Below, in pieces: positions 58,356 through 64,000 of a DNA stretch of 64,000 nucleotides; the first letter of the stretch is position 1; every line of letters starts with the position of its first letter. Made by a program: the position numbers and the translations under genes. The DNA lies in IMG/VR virus record IMGVR_UViG_3300047472_000134, positions 1 through 64,000 of that record, one strand, 5' to 3'. The notes under the pieces are model-generated. The model ran no database searches. It was not told where the DNA came from and was given only the letters and a program-made list of their open reading frames with translations. The DNA comes from a virus.

Positions 58356-59330
58356 ATGCTTTTCAACGAGCAAGTTGCGCGTAAGCCCAACCTGTACCCG
58401 TGGACCGACGACTATATCCACGCCATTACCTCGTCCCCTTGGACGGTCAACGAATTCAATTTCCAGAGCGACTTCGACCAGTTCAAGACTGAGCTGTCCG
58501 ACCAAGAGCGCCAGGTTGTTGTCCGCACGCTCTCCGCGATCGGCCAGATCGAGATCGCCGTGAAGGACTTCTGGGCGAACCTGGGCCGGAACCTGCGCCA
58601 CCCAGCGATCAAGGATCTCGGCTACGTCATGGCGTACACCGAAGTGATCCACAATCAGGCCTACGAGCGTCTGCTCGAGGTGCTCGGTCTCGAGGACGTC
58701 TTCGCTGAGAACCTGAAGGAAGATGTTGTCCGCAACCGCGTCAACTATCTCCGCAAGCATGCCCAGCGTGTCTACGAAGATGATCGCAAGCAGTACATCT
58801 ATTCGATCATCCTGTTCACGCTTTTCGTCGAGAACGTCAGCCTCTTCAGCCAGTTCTATACCATCCTGTGGTTCAACCGCTGGCGCGAGGGTGTCCGTGT
58901 CCTGAAGGATACGGCTCAGCAGGTGCAGTACACCAAGAATGAAGAGACGCTTCATGCCCAGGTCGGCATGAAGATCATCAACACGCTGCGCCAGGAATAT
59001 CCGGAGCTCTTCGACGCCGAGCTGATCACCCGCATCCAGGAAGAGTGCCTCGAGGCGTACAAGGCCGAGAGCAAGCTCATCGACTGGATGATTGGGGACT
59101 TCTCTGGTCAGAACATCTCGGCCGACATCCTCAAGACCTTCATCGCCAACCGGCTGCAGGACAGCCTCGAGGCGATTGGCATCTCCTCCCCACTCAACAT
59201 GCCTCGCATCCCGGAGACAACCTGGATGGATGAGGAGGTCTTCGGCACCAACAAGACCGATCACTTCCACAAGAACTCTGTGGACTACTCCGAAAACGAC
59301 CGCGCATTCGACGCCAAGGAACTCTTCTGA
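58356..59330 (+). CDS. nrdB: Ribonucleotide reductase class I, beta subunit
   Basis: E..H..AY, FVENVSLFSQF and EE.LH di-metal motifs. Confidence 0.93.
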   Translation: MLFNEQVARKPNLYPWTDDYIHAITSSPWTVNEFNFQSDFDQFKTELSDQERQVVVRTLSAIGQIEIAVKDFWANLGRNLRHPAIKDLGYVMAYTEVIHNQAYERLLEVLGLEDVFAENLKEDVVRNRVNYLRKHAQRVYEDDRKQYIYSIILFTLFVENVSLFSQFYTILWFNRWREGVRVLKDTAQQVQYTKNEETLHAQVGMKIINTLRQEYPELFDAELITRIQEECLEAYKAESKLIDWMIGDFSGQNISADILKTFIANRLQDSLEAIGISSPLNMPRIPETTWMDEEVFGTNKTDHFHKNSVDYSENDRAFDAKELF

Positions 59331-60970
59331 TGACCAACTGGATTACCGACGACACCCGCAAATTCCTCGCAACTGACTACCTGAAGCCAGGTGTGTCGGT
59401 GGAAGGCCGCATCCGCCAAGTGGCTCAGCGTGCCGGCTTCATCATGGACAAGCCCAAGCTGGCCAAGGATCTCGAGGAGTTTCTGCTCGCGGGCGATATG
59501 AGCCTTTCGTCTCCAATCTGGTCCAACTTCGGTGAAGAGCATGGCCTGCCGATCAGCTGCAACAACGTGGTGATCGACGACAACATGGACAGCATTCTCA
59601 TGAAGCTGGCCGAGGTTGGCAAGCAGACGCAGCTCGGCGCTGGTACCAGTGGTTACTTCGGCAAGGTGCGCCATCGTGGTGCCAGCATCTCTGGTGGTGG
59701 CAAGTCCTTCGGCGCCGTTCATTTCATGCAGCTGTACGACACGGCGACGTCCGTAGTGAGCCAGCGGAGTGTCCGCCGTGGCGCGTTCGCCAGCTATCTG
59801 CCGGCCGATCACGCGGACATCGACGAGCATCTCACCATCCGTCAGAAGAATAGCCCGCTGCAGAACATCCACCCTGGTGTTTGCGTGACGGACAAGTTCC
59901 TTGAAGACGCTGAGAACGGTAGCGAGCGTAACCAGCAGATCTGGGCTAGGATCATGGAGCGCCGCTCGAACAACGGTCGTCCATATATCTTCTTCCACGA
60001 CAACGCCAACCGCTTCGCGGCCGACGTCTATCGTGATCAGAAGCGGACGATCTGGTCTTCGAACCTCTGCACCGAGATCATGTTGCCGTCGAGCCAGTAC
60101 GAGTCGTTCGTGTGCAATCTGCTGTCGCTCAACGCTTTGACCTATGACCGCTGGAAGGACACCAACATCGTTGAGTGCGCCATGTTCCTGCTCGACGCGG
60201 TGATGTCCGAGTACATCGAGAAGACCAAGGACATGCCGCTGATGAAGGCGTCCTACAACTTCGCCATTCGTCATCGCGCTCTTGGCCTGGGTGTTCTCGG
60301 CCTGCACTCACTGTTCCAGTCCAAGATGATCGCCTTCGAAAGCCCCGAAGCGGCCATCCTCGAGCTGCGGATGTTCCAGCAGATCCAGGCCCAGAGCCTT
60401 GAAGCTTCGCAGAAGCTGGGCAAGGAATATGGCGTCCCGGAGATGCTCCTGAACTACAAGCGCCGCAACACCACCACCATGGCTGTGGCGCCGACGAAGT
60501 CCTCGGCCTTTATCCTCGGCCAGGTGTCGGAATCGATCCAGCCGGAAGAGAGCAACTACTTCGTCAAGGATCTGCAGAAGGGCAAGTTCTCGCACCGTAA
60601 TCCGTACCTGCAGAAGCTGCTGGCGAGCAAGGGCCAGGATAACGAGACTGTCTGGCGCTCGATCCTCATGAAGGGCGGCTCAGTTCAGCACCTCGACATC
60701 CTGTCGGGCCAGGAGAAGGACGTGTTCCGCACGTTCAGCGAGACGTCCATGGACGTCGTCATCGAACGTGCAGCCGCCCGCGGACGCTTCATCGATCAGG
60801 GCCAGAGCCTGAACCTGAAGATCAATCCGTCCGCGACTCCTCGCGAGATCTCGACGCTTCATCGCAAGGCGCACCGTCTCGGCCTGAAGTCGCTGTACTA
60901 TCAGGAGTCGACGAACCCGAGCCAGGCTCTGGCTCGCGAGAACGCAGACTGCGCCGCATGTGAAGCGTAA
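59330..60970 (+). CDS. nrdA: Ribonucleotide reductase class I, alpha subunit (no ATP cone)
   Basis: ISC, RRGA, SNLCTE, APT.SS, DQGQS, LKSLYY and C-terminal CAAC motifs. Confidence 0.95.
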   Translation: MTNWITDDTRKFLATDYLKPGVSVEGRIRQVAQRAGFIMDKPKLAKDLEEFLLAGDMSLSSPIWSNFGEEHGLPISCNNVVIDDNMDSILMKLAEVGKQTQLGAGTSGYFGKVRHRGASISGGGKSFGAVHFMQLYDTATSVVSQRSVRRGAFASYLPADHADIDEHLTIRQKNSPLQNIHPGVCVTDKFLEDAENGSERNQQIWARIMERRSNNGRPYIFFHDNANRFAADVYRDQKRTIWSSNLCTEIMLPSSQYESFVCNLLSLNALTYDRWKDTNIVECAMFLLDAVMSEYIEKTKDMPLMKASYNFAIRHRALGLGVLGLHSLFQSKMIAFESPEAAILELRMFQQIQAQSLEASQKLGKEYGVPEMLLNYKRRNTTTMAVAPTKSSAFILGQVSESIQPEESNYFVKDLQKGKFSHRNPYLQKLLASKGQDNETVWRSILMKGGSVQHLDILSGQEKDVFRTFSETSMDVVIERAAARGRFIDQGQSLNLKINPSATPREISTLHRKAHRLGLKSLYYQESTNPSQALARENADCAACEA

Positions 60971-60974
60971 GATC

Positions 60975-61000
60975 AGGCCCCTCACGGGGCCTTTTCTTTT
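60975..61000 (+). terminator. Rho-independent terminator
   Basis: aggcccc-tcac-ggggcct followed by a T tract. Confidence 0.8.
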
Positions 61001-61167
61001 GCCTTGTAGTCCAACGCGATCGACCCAGCACTCAAAATGAGACGCTCAGGGTCTTTGACTATGATGAAGGCGTAGGTGAGAGGAACGAGAAGAAGGCTAA
61101 GGCCCAGAACGAGACTTGACACCTTCAACTTAGAACCTCGAACCCCGCCGGAACGCATATGCTCCAC
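60982..61167 (-). CDS. Small single-TM peptide, candidate Hok-like type I toxin
   Basis: GGAG RBS; VSSLVLGLSLLLVPLTYAFIIV helix; start region buried in a long stem. Confidence 0.5.
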   Translation of the reverse strand: MEHMRSGGVRGSKLKVSSLVLGLSLLLVPLTYAFIIVKDPERLILSAGSIALDYKAKEKAP

Positions 61168-61449
61168 GGGTATTCTCCATTCAGAGTTAAAGGCGTTGTC
61201 TCGTTTCGACTGCTCTGGAAGAGTCCTCTACCGGTGGTCCCTAGCCAGTGCTGCCTATTGAAACGGCCAACACCAAATTCATGCACTGCAGCTCACCAAG
61301 GGTCCGGAGCCCCTGTAGGTGGTAAAGCTAACCAAACCTTCTCTAGTCTCGGTTAGCGGCCAACTCGAACAGCCCCCTCACGGGGCGATCGACATGCTTA
61401 ATAACTCATGAATTGTGGAGTTGGTCAAGAAGAAGGCCCCGATCGGAGC

Positions 61450-61728
61450 CTAATTTTTTCCTGCTCTCCAGAGATCTTCGCGGGCGATGAGCCGCCGGCC
61501 GCACGAAGACTTCTTGTCGTCGAGCACGATGAACTCACCGAACTTGTCGTAGACCTGGCCCTTGGACAAGCGCTTGCCTTTCACTGGAGGTGAGACGAGC
61601 TCGTCGAAGCAGATCCTGAGATCAGCGGGCAGGGGAGGCGGCAGGCTTCGGCCAGACAGAGAGCAGCTGGTCAACATCATCAGGCTCAAAGCAAGTGTCG
61701 TCAGGGCGGGTGATTTTCGAACGGGCAT
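61450..61728 (-). CDS. o-spanin (lipoprotein)
   Basis: LTSC lipobox, Pro-rich, overlaps the i-spanin gene. Confidence 0.7.
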   Translation of the reverse strand: MPVRKSPALTTLALSLMMLTSCSLSGRSLPPPLPADLRICFDELVSPPVKGKRLSKGQVYDKFGEFIVLDDKKSSCGRRLIAREDLWRAGKN

Positions 61729-61966
61729 CAGCCAGCTCCTTCTTCAATGCATCAATTCGCTGGTACTGCTCGACCAGCTTGGATTGGTCGGCCGCTGTAA
61801 TGGCGATACCTAGATTCAGATCCCGAACCTGCTGGACGAGAGCGGCCTGGGCGTGCTTCTCGTTCGCGACGTGTTGTCCGTAGAGATAGGCCACATAGAG
61901 CAGAGCCGCAGCTGCGGCTCCGATCATCAACCACTTCTTGAGTGGCGCGAGGAGGAGGGCGATCAA
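61622..61966 (-). CDS. i-spanin
   Basis: N-terminal TM plus coiled coil; TTG start overlapping the lysozyme stop. Confidence 0.7.
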   Translation of the reverse strand: MIALLLAPLKKWLMIGAAAAALLYVAYLYGQHVANEKHAQAALVQQVRDLNLGIAITAADQSKLVEQYQRIDALKKELADARSKITRPDDTCFEPDDVDQLLSVWPKPAASPAR

Positions 61967-62454
61967 ACCGCGCCCCTCATGCACATCGTCCGCTCGATCG
62001 CCCGACGCTTGGCAAGTCCAGGCAAGATCACCTTCTTGCCCTTCACGGTACCTTTGTTCCAAGGCAGCATTGCGTTGCAGGCGGCGACGATGTTGCCGGT
62101 CCTCAAGTACCGAGCGGCGCTCGAGCCACAGAAGCCCCCAATTCCGATGTTGTAGGTGAAGCTGTCGAAGGCTCCCTTTGTCTCGGCGGGGAGGGCTTCC
62201 CAGTTCTGGACGCATGACGCATTACCCTGATCGTAGTGGGCCATGCGCTTAACCAGGAGAGTGTGACACTCTTCCCTGGAAAATTGCCGGCCCTGCATGG
62301 ACTTCGCATTCTCGGTTTCTCCCATGCAGTAGGTCAGCACGCCGACCGCGTCCTTGTAGACGTAGCCGACGTAACCCTCTGCCGGTTCAGCAATGGAAAC
62401 GGCGATCGCAATAGCAGCGCTGGCGATCGTCGTGGTGATCGTCTTCTTAGCCAT
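61963..62454 (-). CDS. GH24 lysozyme (SAR-type endolysin)
   Basis: E-x8-D-x5-T triad (EGYVGYVYKDAVGVLT), YNIG, GL..RR..E; Ala-rich N-terminal anchor. Confidence 0.92.
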   Translation of the reverse strand: MAKKTITTTIASAAIAIAVSIAEPAEGYVGYVYKDAVGVLTYCMGETENAKSMQGRQFSREECHTLLVKRMAHYDQGNASCVQNWEALPAETKGAFDSFTYNIGIGGFCGSSAARYLRTGNIVAACNAMLPWNKGTVKGKKVILPGLAKRRAIERTMCMRGAV

Positions 62455-62686
62455 TCTTGGCTCCTGAGATTTTCTTTTGGGGAATGAGGCGTCCGTAGAT
62501 CGCGCCAAAACCAACCAGGCCGTCGAGGACGGAGAAGGCGAGCCGGAGCTTAGGTGGGCTCTGGTCCATCATGGACAGGATGGTGTTGCAGATCGGTTCG
62601 AAGACGACGAGGAACAGGAAGAAGTAGACGCACCACAGCGACCAGGAATGACGGAGGATGGTTTTCCAGTCTTGGTGCAGCCGCAT
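62447..62686 (-). CDS. Holin
   Basis: 79 aa, two TM segments, W....HSWS and RL..Q pattern, upstream of the endolysin gene. Confidence 0.75.
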   Translation of the reverse strand: MRLHQDWKTILRHSWSLWCVYFFLFLVVFEPICNTILSMMDQSPPKLRLAFSVLDGLVGFGAIYGRLIPQKKISGAKNG

Positions 62687-63015
62687 CAGAGCCCCGCGAA
62701 CTTCTTGAGGAGCATCGGAGCGACCGTGGTGATGACGGCTGTGGACACAGAGCAGAGCGTGACAAGTCGCAGAACCTTTTCGTTGAGCGCCGTGTACTTG
62801 GCGGACAACTCGGACTGCTCCTTCTTCACCTCACCGATGGCTTCCTTGAACCCATCTTTCACTTCCCGCACCTGGCTGGCGACGAAGCTATTACGCTCCT
62901 CGAGCACGACCAGGCGCTCCATGAAATCAGCCAGCGCGACAACGCGATCGGACATCAGGCGGACAGCAGTTTCCAGGCTGTCGAGCCGGGTGTGAAGTGC
63001 GTCGTTCATAGGCAT
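62686..63015 (-). CDS. Coiled-coil protein with C-terminal TM (lysis-associated)
   Basis: RLVVLEER heptads plus hydrophobic tail. Confidence 0.6.
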   Translation of the reverse strand: MPMNDALHTRLDSLETAVRLMSDRVVALADFMERLVVLEERNSFVASQVREVKDGFKEAIGEVKKEQSELSAKYTALNEKVLRLVTLCSVSTAVITTVAPMLLKKFAGL

Positions 63016-63118
63016 ACGGAAACTCCAATTGGTTCCCGTAGATATGGTGATTCAGCCCTTGCGGTGCGCCCTGCGGTTGGTGCAGAGTGGTTCAGTTTGA
63101 ATAACTTAGGGGTGTGTG

Positions 63119-63430
63119 ATGAGGGGCATGCTTGCTGTTGTTTTGGGCCTGGCGATCGCCACGCCAGCGTCGGCCAGTTTCATGAATGGAAACGACCTAA
63201 TGAAAGTTTGCTCGTCAGACGACAGGCTCGATAAGGGACAGTGCCTTGGCTACATCAAGGGTGTAGTAGATGTTGCTCCGAGGAAAGACACCTGCGTGCC
63301 CGCGGAGGCAACAGTGGGGCAAATAAGAGATATTTTCCTCAAATCTATGAAAGAAAACCCAGAGGACCGAGACCTATTGGCATCAGCGCTGCTTGCCGTT
63401 GCTTTACACGAAGCGTTCTGTGGCCGATGA
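63119..63430 (+). CDS. Rap1a/Tai-family immunity-like exported protein
   Basis: Signal peptide; GNDL...C......C.GYI.GV.D...C.P...T.GQ.......NPE.R...A......AL..AF pattern. Confidence 0.8.
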   Translation: MRGMLAVVLGLAIATPASASFMNGNDLMKVCSSDDRLDKGQCLGYIKGVVDVAPRKDTCVPAEATVGQIRDIFLKSMKENPEDRDLLASALLAVALHEAFCGR

Positions 63431-63444
63431 TCGGATAATGTATT

Positions 63445-63615
63445 TTATGGAACTAACGCATTGATATCATTGCCGAATAGCTGATCAAACCTATCCCGGA
63501 TCATCTTCACGATCAACTCAGATCCAGACAGTCCGTAGGTGTCAGCCAGGACCGCGAGTTTCTTGCGATCCTCCTCAGTGCCATAGGCGATTATGCCGGC
63601 GTTGCGTTTCTTCAT
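63445..63615 (-). CDS. Small RHH/CopG-like protein
   Basis: 56 aa, MKKRNAGIIAYGTEEDRKKLAVLADTYGLSGSELIVKMIRDRF...; ATGA-coupled; absent from the ORF track. Confidence 0.6.
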   Translation of the reverse strand: MKKRNAGIIAYGTEEDRKKLAVLADTYGLSGSELIVKMIRDRFDQLFGNDINALVP

Positions 63616-63995
63616 GGCCAGGCTACCTGCACAGCAGCCTCGATCTCGGCCGGCGTGCTCGCACCACGGACAAGAGCCTTGGCCTGGCGCTCAGACCGCT
63701 CGATAGCCGGTGCGACAACGCGCCAGTGTTGGGCCATAGTGAGGATGACGACCGCAGCGTCGAACACGGTCTCGTCCGTGCCTTCAGCTTCCTCGACGAT
63801 CAACGGAATCTGGGCTAGATCCACATTCGGGTTCGCCATGACCAGTTCGGCCTGGCGTTCCTTCTCCATGTAGACCATGGCCTTGCCAGAGCCCAGCGTG
63901 ATGTAGGCGCCGCGGCGTTGCTCGGCCGCTACGCTGATGTTGGCGATCGCCGCCTCACGAAGCGGCTCCAGGTTCTTGGTCAGTTTAAGCTGCAT
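63612..63995 (-). CDS. Tail fibre assembly-like protein
   Basis: AE..R..YIT.G.G..M.Y..K..QA ... IE..R..AK..V..A....I pattern. Confidence 0.7.
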   Translation of the reverse strand: MQLKLTKNLEPLREAAIANISVAAEQRRGAYITLGSGKAMVYMEKERQAELVMANPNVDLAQIPLIVEEAEGTDETVFDAAVVILTMAQHWRVVAPAIERSERQAKALVRGASTPAEIEAAVQVAWP

Positions 63996-64000
63996 GGACT

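Larger units (their letters stand above)
1..64000. mobile_element. Tailed dsDNA bacteriophage genome (partial; possibly a plasmid-prophage)
   Basis: Terminase, portal, capsid, replication, RNR and lysis modules fill the window; no host housekeeping genes; parA present, no integrase seen. Confidence 0.95.

Noticed and set aside
46085-60970. Introns or inteins in PolA, ligase or RNR
   Set aside because: ORFs are continuous and of ordinary length, with no intein splice-junction or homing endonuclease motifs noticed
61200-61330. 6S RNA mimic
   Set aside because: Long hairpin present, but no recognisable 6S central bubble or sequence; treated as the leader of the small TM ORF

Overview
The window is most of the genome of a tailed dsDNA phage with GC-rich codon usage. 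An alphaproteobacterial (Rhizobiales-like) host is inferred from a perfect GTTC-N7-GTTC LexA box and from gene content. Both edges run into tail genes on the minus strand, so the remaining tail module lies outside the window. Minus strand, 0.3-14.4 kb: head-tail connectors, major capsid, decoration protein, protease/scaffold, an inserted fibre/esterase cassette, portal and a gpA-type large terminase. Plus strand: a prim-pol/SF3 helicase (15-17.4 kb); a long early/accessory region (19-42.7 kb) with a candidate origin, four paralogous small proteins, an M28-like peptidase, glutaredoxin, ParA + RHH + HEPN, TAXI, TerB, RtcB and HTH regulators; and a replication/nucleotide block (43-61 kb) with helicase, 5'-3' exonuclease, PolA, ligase, ThyX-like, resolvase, SbcCD-like, HD, DUF5664-like, MazG-like and class I RNR. 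A lysis cassette and a Rap1a-like moron follow. No integrase, tRNA or CRISPR array was seen. The most notable unannotated signals are: (i) a dispersed GAGTA-N5-TACTC palindrome, including an inverted pair around a probable origin; (ii) centromere-like 10-bp repeats bracketing the ParA-RHH-HEPN cassette; (iii) two type I toxin-antitoxin-like small-peptide loci; (iv) a LexA-boxed Zn-ribbon gene; (v) a tiny transcript complementary over up to 17 nt to the 16S rRNA 3' end. Together these suggest an SOS-responsive phage-plasmid. All family assignments come from motif recognition by eye; no searches were run.
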